Shown here: one piece after another, positions 1 through 13,767 of the stretch
Layout of the letters: each line of letters opens with the position of its first letter
Numbering within the stretch: position 1 is the first letter of the stretch
DNA from: Eledone cirrhosa
Taxonomy: Eukaryota
DNA: 64,000 nt
Assembly: GCA_964016885.1 (NCBI GenBank)
Contig: OZ024743.1
Location: forward strand, 346,704,001 to 346,768,000
Direction: 5' to 3'
Translations under genes and position numbers: made by a program
Notes under the pieces: model-generated
The model's database searches: none
What the model saw: only the letters and a program-made list of their open reading frames with translations
What the model was told of the DNA's origin: nothing

Positions 1-39
1 TACCCTGAGATGTTAAATGGTTAAGATTTAATCAAGGAA

Positions 40-168
<129 letters not shown>

Positions 169-354
169 AGTTATTCCGGGTTGAATCGGAGGTAACCACA
201 GTAAGTAAGGTACTCAATACATAGCAGAGTATAACAGTTTTAATATAGAAGAGCTTCTACAGGACTAGAACTGTTTCATTCGTGAGAAATCATCAGCTTC
301 CTGATGATTTCTCACGAATGAAACAGTTCTAGTCCTGTAGAAGCTCTTCTATAT
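169..354. mobile_element. Palindromic hammerhead-bearing mini-element, family A (PLE pseudo-LTR derivative)
   Basis: Perfect 54-bp inverted repeat 243-296/301-354 with CTTC loop, unique tail 169-242, (TA)n on both sides; homologous copy at 39276-39528. Confidence 0.85.
296..344 (+). ncRNA. Type I hammerhead ribozyme
   Basis: GCTTC (stem I) CTGATGA tTTCtcacGAAt GAAA CAG ttctagtc CTG TA^ GAAGC (stem I'); canonical core, GUA cleavage triplet, CTAG palindrome in loop III. Confidence 0.85.
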
Positions 355-478
355 ATATATATATATATAATTCGAAATTTGAATGTCACTATAAAGGGGA
401 TTGGACGGAAAATAATTAAGTCGTAAGAAACGGTGGTGGGGGGTGGGGGGTATTTCTTAACTTAATTTATTCATATGT

Positions 479-514
479 CCTGATATTTGGAGATTAATAT
501 CTCTTCTTCCGAGG
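479..514 (-). ncRNA. Degenerate minimal hammerhead ribozyme
   Basis: Minus strand CCT CGGAAGA a GAGAT atta ATCTC CAAA TA TC AGG: stems I and II intact, two core substitutions. Confidence 0.5.
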
Positions 515-1261
515 AAAATAAAGGAACTATTTCAGTGTCCGATGCGGCTTGTGGATATAATTATGTATGTGCGCATTTATACCCGTTTATGGAAACATCG
601 AATTAATCAGGGTTTCATATCTGCCTTCCCATGGCCTGACAGCATAAACTATCACACATGATGTTAAACACATCATAAGTGTCCTCCATTGTTTTATTGT
701 CCTCCATGGTTTTATTGTACATAAAATGTGGATACTTTTGCAACTCAAAGTAAGAATCTGGATGCTTTTGCAACTCTAAGTAAGAAGATGGACTGACAGT
801 TTTTTTTTAATACATAGATAATTTTAATTTATTTACTTTGTATTGAGTATTTTTACAGTTGACGTATATAATATGCTTGATATATACGTACATATATATT
901 AGAAATGTATCGGTGTCATATTTGTCACACAAAGTCAAGAACAAACGTCCAAGAATAACCACAAACAATCAATACATACATACACACATAGAAACATTCA
1001 TACATACATGCATACATATAAGCATAGGCACATACATACATACAAATGTATATACATATATAAATACGTTTACAATTATGCGAATACATACGCAGACTAT
1101 TCTAAAATCCAAAAGGACATTCTCACGCATATATACGCTAGCAACTGCAAACCATTAAATGAAGCAATTATATTTACACACAATATACACAATCCCCTCC
1201 CAAAATCCGCACATGAAAACACATAACCTTTCTCTCACACACAAACTCACGCAAAATTAAA

Positions 1262-1965
<704 letters not shown>

Positions 1966-2185
1966 ATGAAATAATAAGCTAATAGATGCTACCATGCAGT
2001 GAATGGCCCACAGTGCGGTTGTTATCTCATATTTTTGCTTTTATTTTATCCATTTATTTATTATATAACTGAATTCGGTCAGTAACCACACCTAAAATAT
2101 ACAGACACTGACCTTCAGTAAAACAGTTCTCGCTGACTCATAGTTGCTTACACCAATTATCTATCTATCTATCTCTCTACCTCTC

Positions 2186-2224
<39 letters not shown>

Positions 2225-2257
2225 GTCTATCTATCTATCTATCTATCTCTCTACCTC

Positions 2258-2288
<31 letters not shown>

Positions 2289-2359
2289 CTCTCTCTATTT
2301 ATATATATATATTTTTATATATATATTATATATATATATATATATGTATATGTATATGT

Positions 2360-2419
<60 letters not shown>

Positions 2420-2839
2420 TTGTGTGTCTAATTATGTATATATATATATATATATATATGTCTAATTATCTATTTAAATTTTGCTACATACATGCACCCC
2501 CATTTTCACACATACGCACACACACACGCACACATAATATATGTATGCATCTATGTATGTATGAATGATCATTTATATTTATATATATATGTATATGTGT
2601 ATGTGTGTATATCCATGATAACTAGCATTTCTTTACAGATGAGGGCATCTCTTCAAATTTATTTTCCCTACTATTAAGAACCACAGCCAACCGCAGGTTG
2701 CTGGTCAGTTTGAGAACTGAGCTGGCTTTGATTATGTCACCATTTTTCCACGCTTCCCATGTCGTGTGTGTGTGTGTGGAGGGGGGGGGGGGCATCTCCT
2801 AAAAGGTATATTAGACTCGGCCAAAGCACGTTGCTGTTC

Positions 2840-3082
2840 AGGCACAAAAACAAAGAAAAGAATCCCCAGTCACTGAACAACCGTCCGGTTGTGGAACCAA
2901 CCAACCGGAAATTTATAAATTAATAAATTCTTAAATTTATAAATTTAACTTATAATAAATTGGAGTGAAAGCAACTGGTACGTGTGTTTCTTATTCGCAA
3001 CATGACCCTCCCAAAGCATAACAATATCGGTTTCAACACACGTTTTCAAATAAAGAATCTTGCTAAACAAATTCAGAAACGA

Positions 3083-3086
<4 letters not shown>
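2840..3086 (+). mobile_element. Family B PLE pseudo-LTR fragment with hammerhead deleted
   Basis: Matches 59463-59748 but jumps from CCCCAGTCACTGAA directly to CAACCGTCCGGTTG; ends at (TA)n. Confidence 0.8.
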
Positions 3087-3142
<56 letters not shown>

Positions 3143-5170
3143 CATACATACATACATACATACTCTGTCGGTACATAAGTATACCACGGTGTTATATACA
3201 CTCTTATATACTTATTCTCTGACTGGGTACAGACTAACTGATATCTAAAGCACTTTTCAAATGTTTTTAAAGGCATCACGCATGACAATAAACATATTAT
3301 TTAATTAGATATAAGCAGCATTATCTGACCTTGCTCAGATTGATAGAAAGTCGTATAAATTGTATAACAAATCATTGCGAAGTTGACATTCTTCTTGGAA
3401 AATGTGGCACTACGGCTCATATCTGATGCCTCTGCGGAACCTGTAACATACAAGCTGGAAGTTGAATGAATCATTCCCACTTTATATTTTCTTTTACGAG
3501 TTTTATTCAATCCATAGCAGAAATATGCCATGCAGATGCCCTATCGGCAATCATATCGACTCCAGTAATTATTCCATCGATCACTGTTCGTTCAACTTGA
3601 AGTTTTACTGGACATAAACACACAGCAGTAATTTAACCGCATACGCTAGGACTATCCGACAAACAGACACACATAGACACACACGTTAGACACACAAACA
3701 CGCACACATACATAGACACACACCCCGGCTTCAGAAAGTTTTCTGTCCAACAAATTTAATTCATTTCACCTTAGGCAACCCGAAGCTATATTTGAATATA
3801 GATTCTCGTGATGCCGAACACGACACTATAGCTTTGAGTAACTAGGTTCTTAATCACAGATATGAGTTTTTCCATTTCATTCAAATTATCAAATCAGATA
3901 TATTTCTCTTAAATACTGCTCCTTTATTTATTTTCACATATATTTTAAATGTTACTTTGAAAATCCCGTATGAATTTGTTTACAACGAAGAGAAAGAGCT
4001 GATTGTTAAAACCGGTGACAGCGACTGGAAAATAGAGTAGCATCAATTATTTAATTATTATAGTTGGCATAGAATGAAGAAGAAAACTCATAAAAATATA
4101 CGAAAGGAATAAATGTTATGAAGAATCCACTAACATTTACGTCAGATAACCAATTTTAGTTCGTGCTGCATTTTATGATCTAGATGTAGTTAGAAATTTT
4201 ATAACATTAAATGATGGTGATTCAAAAATAGATGTTGAATTACCATTAATTAATCAATTTTGAACTCCATTTGATAAGCTAAATTTTAACGAACAATTGA
4301 ACAACCATTTTTGAACTCGCATACTGGCTTTGCAAAATATTATTTTTGACTGTCTAGAAGCTTCAGTTTTTATATAGTTAAATATGGAGAAATAGATAAA
4401 GATTTGTGTTGGTGGAAAAATGTTTGTAAATATGTTTTATTCAAAATATGTAGCTTTCTTTGGTTTTGAAGATTCCAGTATATACAAAATACGTTTAACA
4501 CTTTATATTTACCCACCCGTGACCACACTGCTTACAGGATACAAAATGTCATTTTATACTGTTCGTATAATTTTCTCTATGAGCGTTTTAAGTTATATTT
4601 AATGAATAAAAAAAAATACAAAACCACGTTTAATTGTTCAATATTTTAAATATGTAAAAGAGACATTACCTAAATGAATCCATTCTTTTCTCAAGATACC
4701 AGAGTCCTTTCCGACGTTTTAGAAAAATATTTTACTGCGCGACATCACCTCAGTCAATTTTTTGAACAATGGGAATGCTTGGTTATAATTAAATAGACTA
4801 CAATTATTATATTACATAGGAAGCTTCCCTGCGTATCAACCCAACCACAAATCTTTAATCGGTGTAAACAAAAAGCAAGTGAGACAACTGGGTGTTCAAA
4901 TACTCGATTTAAAATGTGTCGAATATATTGGTTTTAAATCCAGCTCAACGCCAACAACTTGGGTATAGAGTATTGTTGGTTATATCATCATCACTACTTG
5001 ACTAGTACTTTACTTTAGCGAACGTTGGTATGATTTCAATTTACGGCTTAACTGGTCCTTGTTTTATCGAACTGTCTTAAATTGCTTTGGCGTTATTTGA
5101 ACTCATGACTTGGCTTGTTCGTATATTATCGCTAACGAACACATAAAGAGCAAAGTGTACAGTAGTGGCT

Positions 5171-5250
5171 CTTCTTCTTCTTCTTCTTCTTCTTCTTCTT
5201 CTTCTTCTTCTTCTTCTTCTTCTTCTTCTTCTTCTTCTTCTTCTTCTTCT
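5171..5250. repeat. (CTT)n trinucleotide repeat, possibly expanded 3' tail of the adjacent LINE
   Basis: Direct repeat abutting the LINE 3' end. Confidence 0.9.
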
Positions 5251-6150
5251 CCAGCGAGTCCTGTCAGAAGCAACCGTCTATAATTGATTTGGCTGGATTC
5301 ACAAGCGAGAATAGCCGAGCCCGTACACGTTATCCAATCACTTTGCTTGGGGGGTCAGCCCTGTTTTTCCTGTCGGTTGGTTTTGCCTGTAGCATTTATC
5401 CATCGATCTTTCCTTAGACATTCTAAACGCCTGTAATATTGGAGCTGCGATCTTCAATTCAATGTAGCAGCTCTATTAGAGTGACTCTTAGACCCCCGTG
5501 AAACACACTATCGAGTAACGTTACTCCAAAGGCCCTTCGGAGAAATCCAATTTCGACTGCTTGTATTCACGATAAGATTCTTTCAGTCATTACACAAGTC
5601 TCATGACCATAGGTAAGGATTGGCACGAATACCGATTTGAAGATAGCGAGTTTGGCTTTTACACCTATCTCTTTCTTCTAATTACCGAATGTTGAAACTG
5701 GCGCATTAGCTCCTATAAATCTTCCACTTAATTCATCTTAACATCGCTCGTGAACGCGACTCCAAGTTACTTGAACCTCTCCACCTGCTTCCGTGGAACT
5801 CTATTCACATGTAGGGTGGTACTGTGCCGGCTTCCTTGAGTAGACGGGCGTCTCAGTTTTCGCAGCACTGATTTTCATTCCTGCGTTGCCGGCATCAAAC
5901 CTATCAAGTGTATGCTGGAGATCACTTTCTGTCGTATACAAATTCCACTTGACTGATCCTTCACACACGCCAGTTGTGATACGACATTTATCTCGGCTGC
6001 GCATGTCAATCCTGTTCATACATATTATGAACAGGAGAGCTGACAGTAAGTAACCTTTTCTGGCTCCAAATTCCACATTGAATGGTTTCGATTTAACACT
6101 ATTTATCCGAACACAAATACTCGCTCATTCATATAGAGACATCAGGGCAA
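5251..6150 (-). mobile_element. 5'-truncated RTE-like LINE (RT C-terminal half), decayed
   Basis: GARKGYLLSALLFIICM (QG..LSP.LF-like) and GMKISAAKTE motifs; homologous to 36650-37720. Confidence 0.85.
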
Positions 6151-7382
6151 GGTAAAGAGAACACTTTCCTGATCTAATCCCGACCACAACAGCATCTTCC
6201 GATATATAGGGAAACGATACTACTCTCTCAGAGGCTGTGGTCACAAGAGCAATTCCGGAAATACACCTAAGCAATGGCAATCGGGAGTGATAATTTTAAT
6301 TTTCAAAAAGAGTGACAAGAGACATTGCACCAATGAAAGAGGATCTCCTTGTTAAACCTCCCAGGTAAAGTCTACCCTAGGTATCTGGCAGAGATTTAGG
6401 CAAAGTGATGAGTCCGAGCTAGCTGATGAACATTGTAGCTTTCACGTCTGGCCCAGCATAGCCGACCAAATATTAACACTGCGGCAGGTCTTTGAGAAAT
6501 CCTGTGTGCACTGCCAATAGATGTATTCTTAATTTGTAGATCATGCAAAGACATTCGACCGCACTCCACGGGACCTGTTGGGAATGTTTTGCAGCAGCTT
6601 GGGGACTTGAACTGGGAACATAAAATTAAAACAGTATATGAGAAAGCGAAAACAATGTTCCCCAACATGCTACTGATACTGCCATCTAAAACCACTTGCC
6701 CTAATTGCAATACTAAAACAACAAAATTGGAAGTCATGTGCAAACGTAAAACGTCGCCTCGACAAGCATGTTACGCAGAGGAAAAAAGGGATAACACAGC
6801 AGGACTTATGAGAAGTTAAATCTGGAAACAATAACACAAAAGACGATCATTAGGAAGATATGTCTGTGGATGTATATGAATTAGAGAGAGATGAGCGATG
6901 AGCTGCTTATGTAAATATTTAGGTAAAAGGTAAACAATGATATCAGGGTATGTTGAAGAAGAGAGTAATGACAGAAAAAAATAGCAACAACAACAGCAAC
7001 AACAACAATGATAATAGTTGTTCTGAAAGAACGGAACAGTAACGATAACGCCATCAACAACAATAACAGTAGGAAGGAAGAAGAAATAATAGAATAGTAA
7101 CAATACCAGCAACAACAACAACTACAGTAACATCAACAGCAATAACAACAATAATAACATCAAGAGCAACAATCTCAATCACACAAAATTCCGGGTAATA
7201 AGGAGACAAAAAGAACACAAACTCAATAGTCGGTTTTCAAAAATGTTTGCAATGCAAAAATCACTAGGAGAAACAACATTAGCATAGAATACACTGCATT
7301 TAATACGGCAATATCCACCTACTCTAAACTTCCCTAGCTTCATCGTCTCGGCGGTTATCGTGGTCATTATGAGGATTATGAT

Positions 7383-7560
7383 TGTGCAGCATAGAGTTAC
7401 GGTCCTTTACGGTCTGAGTTCAAATCCCACCGAGATTAACTTTGCCTTTCATCCTTACGTGGTAGATAAAATAAAGCACCAGTAACGTACTGGGGTCGAT
7501 TGAATCGACTTTCCCCTCCCCAAAATTACTGGCCTTGTGCCTATACTAGAAATCATTATG
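7383..7560 (+). mobile_element. tRNA-derived SINE (Deu/Nin-like core)
   Basis: B box GAGTTCAAATCC, core GCCTTTCATCCTTACG..GATAAAATAAAG.ACCAG, tail CTGGCCTTGTGCC. Confidence 0.85.
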
Positions 7561-8942
7561 AGGATCAGGATTATCATCATAATCACCATCATTATTTTGA
7601 TGATCGGGAAATAGTTTATCGACGTGCATAGAGTTATCTTCCCTGTCGTCTTTGGCATCATGATCATCATCATCATATGAGGCGTGCTGAAAATTCCCTG
7701 TCTTTATCGCGAAAGGGTTGAGCAGTTACCTTCACTTGGGAAGTAGTACCGCTGCAATATGTGTCTAGGAAGGGAATATTTGAATAAAATCATCATTAAC
7801 TGATGCTTCCCTGATGACGTTTAATAAAACTGACATCATATTTCGAAAGTCTGGATTCATTTTTCTATGAAGTCTCCATTCTCCTGGCTTTCCTGGATAT
7901 TTTACCTCAGCCATCACACATATTTGTAACGTCAATATACGCTCAAACTCTATTCATTAATGCCTGAGTTACATAGATTATGATGAGAGATGCAATTACA
8001 TTGTTTGACCGGTTTTCATTGACATTAAGCATTATGCTATGGAGACGGTAACAGTGTTAATGGCTCTTGCAGGCTCTCCGTGGTTGTGAGGTTAATGATG
8101 TTATTGTACTGGTTGAATAGGTCTAAAATGGTGGTTGTCGGAACAAGATGTACAACATTAAACACAGAAGGATTAGTAGAGGAGGGCCCAGCTAATTCCG
8201 AGGAATAGATGTGTTCATCAAAATGATAGGAATAGCAGCCACATCTACATTGAACCACCCCCTACTATCTTAAATAAATTAAAATCACAATCATTAAATA
8301 ATGTAGATATGCATTCCCCTAAATCAGGAATCGAATATTATTACGCATATGTTAGCTAAATCATGATAAGCAGGGGATAAGCAACAACAACAACAACAAC
8401 AACAGTAGTAGCAACACGGAGTGGAAGTATGTAGTGGTATTACTGTGTTAAAATTTGATCTTAAGAGTGAGCTCAGAATCAAACGTAGCACGTCGAAGAA
8501 AGACAGATACACACGCCAGGTCAGTGCACATATATATATGTCCATGCATGTGTATGTGTGCGTATGTGCCTGTGTTGTGTGCGTATGTGTGTGTGGAGGT
8601 GGGGTGAAGTAAGCAAATGACTAATCAGTCATGAAATACACTGTTCAGAAAGAACTCAGTTTTAAATGTTAAGAAATTAACATCTCGACAAAACCGTTGA
8701 TCACCGAAGAAATGAGCCATATATAAATAATACATATATAACTTTAAAAAATACAACACCAATTCACATAAATGTTCATTGTTTCCTGAAGATATTATAA
8801 GTAAATTTACATTTGAAACAAAAGGACTGTAAAACAGAAGAAAATAAATAAACCTAACCGCTCCAGATTACTTGATTTGAGTACCAAAATGTATAACGGG
8901 TCAACTTAATCTGAGGATTAAAGCAACTTATGAGTAGCAACC

Positions 8943-9001
<59 letters not shown>

Positions 9002-10189
9002 TGTGTATATACATATATAGATATAGATATACATATATTTATATATATATGTGGGGGGGTTATTTGTGTGTATGTGTGTGTGTGAGTGTGTACATATATA
9101 ACTGCAAATATAAAGAGAGGGAAAATTACCTAAAGATCAGGTATGGTAGGTGGGGATTAAAGTAAGCAAGAAAATATTTGAAAGGATATGTGAGGTGAAA
9201 AATATTAGTAAAAACATGGCAGGTGGATAAAGGTTACTGCTAAGAAATTTTGCCCTTCCTGTTTGCACTTGTAAGATTTGTAAATATAGATGAATGGTTG
9301 GTTGGTGGTGAGAGATTGAAAATAAATAAGAAACTGTGGTATAGAGAAGGGTTGAGATGGAGGGAAGGAGAGAAAAAGACATATGAAGAAGGAGAAATAT
9401 TGAATGAGGAGGAAGAAGAGATTTATTAAGAGTATGTGTGATAGGAGTGTGCCAGAATGTACCGTTGTGTGTGTCATGCCAAGGTGCAGTTTCAAAGTTT
9501 ATTGACATATGTGTGTGCCTGTATTTGTGTGTGTGTTTGTGTGTCTGTATGTGTATGTGTGTATGTGTGTTTGTGTGTTGTGTGTGTATGTGTGTGTATG
9601 TCCAAGAGAGAGAAAGAGAGAGAGAGGGGGAATGAATGCGTGCGTCTAGGTGCCGGTATTTATTTTACCGGAATAGAAGTAAAATATGAAAATATTTATA
9701 GGACCGGAAATAGCCAGTGATGAGATGACGTCGAAGACAGTGTGCGAGTTGTTAGACAAATATAGGTATACATATAGTGATAGAAACATTGGTGTATACA
9801 TGGGTGTCTGGGCTAATAAATAGATAGAAAGAGTGAGAGAGAGAGAGAGAGAGAGAGTGAGAGAGAGGTGAGAGAGAGGTAGAGAGGGATAAGTAACTAA
9901 ACAGATAAATGTATAGAGAGGGTGACAGGAATATGAAGATATATAAGGGCAGGCATATTTGTACGGTTAAAAAGATCGCTTTGCATCCACTTAGTTCTAG
10001 TTTCAGTTCTATTACGCAGCTCCTATAACACAACGTTTCGATTATAACCATAGGTGAACCAATGTCTGGGAAGTGTAACTTGCTAGAAGCTTATTGTATA
10101 TCTCTTTTGTTTAAAGTCTGTCTGTCTCAAGTCTGTCTCGTTAGACAGGAGATTATCCCGCTTTTTTGGCGTGATAGGACTGAGACTAC

Positions 10190-10330
10190 AAGACTCCCCA
10201 CTGGACAGAACACCAGTCCATCGCAGGGTTAACCCCCCCCCCCTCCATCCCAGCTATTGCTGGTACTCATTTTCAGCTGAGTATACTGGAGTAACGTTAA
10301 ATAAAGTGTTTTGCTCAAGAACACAACATG
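10190..10330 (-). mobile_element. Second SINE family fragment (CORE-like)
   Basis: Minus strand GTTGTGTTCTTGAGCAAAACACTTTA...CAGCTGAAAATGAGTACCAGC...CCCTGCGATGGACTGG; related fragment near 40575-40650. Confidence 0.6.
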
Positions 10331-10368
10331 GATCTCCATTCAAGAGTCGAATACATATATATATATAT

Positions 10369-10935
10369 ATGGTGGCTGCCAGCTCGTTTTCGAGTACGGC
10401 CACTACTTTATATCCATCTAGGAGAACCCTTACCGATGCGCTGAACGAGTGTGACTTTTTAGTCCAGCCAGCGACTTGAAAACTCTGGTACAAACACTAG
10501 ACTTGTGACAATTATTGACACATAGGGCTGGGCCCATGGTACCATGTGACGACAAGTGTAGAGAGATCTCCAGAAATAAAGCAATGCCTGTGCCGTGGAG
10601 CTTTTATAGTGAGCAAAGGCACTGCACAAAGCCAGTCCCACTCTCTTAACCAAGATGATATTTACCAAAAAGAAAAACAAGTCAACATCATTGGATACCA
10701 TCAGGGTTGCAGGTGTTATATCAGAGTTTTCCTTCTCCTAGAATTCTGCCTTGACAAAGGCTAAGGGATCATCTCTCCCAGTGATTTTGGATGGCCATTG
10801 ACTCTTAAGAGCTCCTTTGCCCTTTGACAGGTTTTGTTTTTAGTCCTGCAGGATGTCCAAAGTCACCCTCCTCACCAAGAAACCTTGGTGGGGTTGCCAG
10901 TTTAGTCGCCAACGACCCGACCATGGGACAGGTTG
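10369..10935 (-). mobile_element. Non-coding interspersed repeat with RTE-type 5' leader
   Basis: 10369-10702 closely matches 48545-48878 in inverted orientation; contains CTAGGAGAAGGAAAACTCTG typical of RTE 5' UTRs; inserted in microsatellite. Confidence 0.65.
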
Positions 10936-12012
10936 TATGCACACATACACACATATATACAAACACACATACAAACATGCACACATACAAACATACATAT
11001 ATACATACATATATACAAACACACATACATACATGCACACATACACATATATACAAACATACATACAAACATGCACACATACAAACATACATATATACAT
11101 ACATATATACAAACACACATACATACATGCACACATACACACATATATAAAACATCCATATATACATATATATATACATATATATATAATCAAGATTTAG
11201 CAAATAAGAAAATGTTTCAAAATAAATTTCAAAAAATTCACTGTACTTACTATAGTTACCTTTACCGAATCGGTTTCGAGTCTCAAAAATAAATGGACTG
11301 TCCTTGCGGCCTTCCATTGAAAAGATAAACTCTCGTCAGAAGGTTCTTTTCATTTGGAGAATATAAAATTCCCGAGTTCAAATTACGAACTGGCGCTATT
11401 CAAAATTGTTCTCGAGATGAGAATGAATGATGTGGAAGCAATTCTCTCCAGTGCCGAGAGAGAGAGATATAAAATACATATACTTACTTAGACATATACG
11501 CACGTATGCATATGTGTGGCTGTAGTCGTATCGTTGTTACGTCCGTGCCTGCGTAAGTTGCGGTTCTACAAAGAGATATCTATGAAATATAATTTAGTGA
11601 AATAAGTTCATTGGGACTGTGACAGCAAATCTAGGTATTCGCATCATGATTTGATATGAAATTAAAGATGAGGTACAGCGTTTTGAAATCTGTAAGTTTT
11701 TAACAAGTATATTATTCCACATCCATCGTATGGATACATGGGCAGCGATAATATATATATACATATGTGGACTTTTACACTACACATTTCAGTGGCGAAA
11801 CGAAATAGATTCGTATCAGCAAGCTTATAGTTATAAGGTTGGTAATTTAAAACTCTACTTCGGAGATTTGATTCTGACTTAGTGTTCTTTCTATTTAATT
11901 GCTAACCTGTAGGTGTTGTTTTCCATACAGTAACGGTTAAACTCACATGTAATAATTCTTTACACACATCTCACTGTGTAACACTTCTCTCTGTGTAATA
12001 TATTTATATACA

Positions 12013-12102
<90 letters not shown>

Positions 12103-12106
12103 GAGG

Positions 12107-12169
<63 letters not shown>

Positions 12170-12262
12170 AGTTGGAAATAGCACAGAAAATATATTTTAG
12201 GGTCTGTTTTTCTTTTTTTTATCCTTTCTTTGATTCGTCAAAGAGACATTATTGAAAAGATG

Positions 12263-12422
12263 AGGGTGGTGGATTGGCAGTATCGGTAGAGGGTCGGACA
12301 CCATGCTTTGACGCATTGAGTTAGGGCCCTTGCCTTTCATCCTTATGGGGTCGATAAAATAAAGTAACAGTAATGCACTGGGATAATTGCTGGCCTTGTG
12401 CCAAAAGTAGAAACAATTATTG
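12263..12422 (+). mobile_element. tRNA-derived SINE with target-site duplication
   Basis: A box TGGCAGTATCGG, core and tail; flanked by ATTATTG(A/G)AAAGATGA. Confidence 0.85.
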
Positions 12423-12874
12423 GAAAGATGAAAGGGACAATTCTTTTAAAAATAAGTTTTATAATGTATATAAAGTATATAAAGTATTTCCGGGTTCGAT
12501 GTATTATTCAAATTCATCTTATCAAATGTTGAGTATTGAAATTAAAAATTAAAAAGAATTAATAGGAGTTAAAAACTACAAATTAAAGATTTTAAATTAA
12601 AATTAAGTGTTGGAGTAAGTTTGTTCCATCTTTATTGCTCAAAAGTGGGCTAGAGAATGAGTTCTTGTTAATAGAGAGAGGTGGTAGTGAAGATAGTAGC
12701 AGCAGTGTTTGTGGTTGTTTCTGGAAAATGGCACTGTGGTTGTTTCTGGGAAAATGGATCTGTTTTGTATAGAACCATACTTCCCTTTTCTAATATATAT
12801 ATATATAAATATATACAACCGATCCTGGCGTTGATAAATATGCTGGGTCCGTCAACTCGTTATTATATATATAT

Positions 12875-13460
12875 AGGACGGGTACAATTCCCGAGCTCCC
12901 TGCACGATTTCTCTCCAGCGGTCTCTGTCCCTCATCATCGCCCCCATGTCCTCTGTCTCCTAGAGACCAGTGTCTGTCCTTAGGTCGTCAATATATATCA
13001 AACTCGTTCTCCCTCTTCTAGTGTGTCCGTGTAGGGGCTCCCACAGGAGCACTGGGTGCATTGTCAACTCTGAATATCGGTGGGCATGTCCAGCTAACAT
13101 CAATCTCCTCTGTGTTACTTTCGAGCTGACTTTTGGGAGGCTCCCGTACAGCTCTGAGTTCTTCATCCTCACTGTATACTGATTAATGTTCAAAGCCATC
13201 CTCAGCATTCTCGTGTAGCACTCATCCACCATCTGAGTGAGTTTCTTGGTCAGTGTCCAAGTCTCAGACCCGTAAAATATTACAGACTCCACTGTAGAAA
13301 CGAAGAGACGGATCTTCATGTCTTTACGAAGGTCCGACTTCCACACCGATCCCAAACTTTGCTCTTCCTCTCAACCACATCATCCTCTGTCTGCCCAATC
13401 TTTGCTCCCAGATACAGGAAGTCCTCAACCAACTCTATCAGCTTTCTGCCTACATTTATA
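12875..13460 (-). mobile_element. RTE-like LINE 3' fragment
   Basis: ORF 12960-13355: VESVIFYGSETWTLTK...YTRMLRMALNI...RLMLAGH...RRGR, typical RT C-terminus. Confidence 0.85.
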
Positions 13461-13579
13461 ATCTTATATATATATATATATTAGAAAATAGAATAGCTTT
13501 TACCGTATTTTTGACTAAAGGAATTTTAGCCTGATAATGGGGTTTAGAACCCTCAGATAAATAGAAAAAGATGAGTATT

Positions 13580-13643
13580 GACGTACATGGGAGTCGAACC
13601 CACATATTTGGTTATTGCGACCACTGTGCTACCATTACACCAA
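13580..13643 (-). pseudogene. tRNA-derived fragment (SINE head or tRNA pseudogene)
   Basis: TGGTGTAATGG A box, D arm, TGGT/ACCA anticodon stem, GTGGG TTCGACT CCCAT T arm; 5' acceptor strand missing. Confidence 0.6.
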
Positions 13644-13731
13644 TATATATATATATATAAAGAAAAAAAGATGAAATCGAAAATGCAACTGGAGTCTTAT
13701 TTTTTTTTAAATATATATATTTATTTGGTTC

Positions 13732-13767
13732 CTTTACCGGTTTCGCAGTTCTTCTGCTTTTCAAAAG
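13732..13767 (-). ncRNA. Minimal hammerhead ribozyme, U3-A8 variant
   Basis: CTT TTGAAAA GCAG aagaa CTGC GAAA CCGG TA^ AAG. Confidence 0.75.

Noticed and set aside
6180-6819. ORF 6589-6819 with CPNC motif and upstream GC-richer sequence
   Set aside because: May be a decayed retroelement N-terminus, but no recognisable domain; not supportable
7808-7860. CTGATGA ... GAAA GTC hammerhead-like match
   Set aside because: No convincing stem II or III
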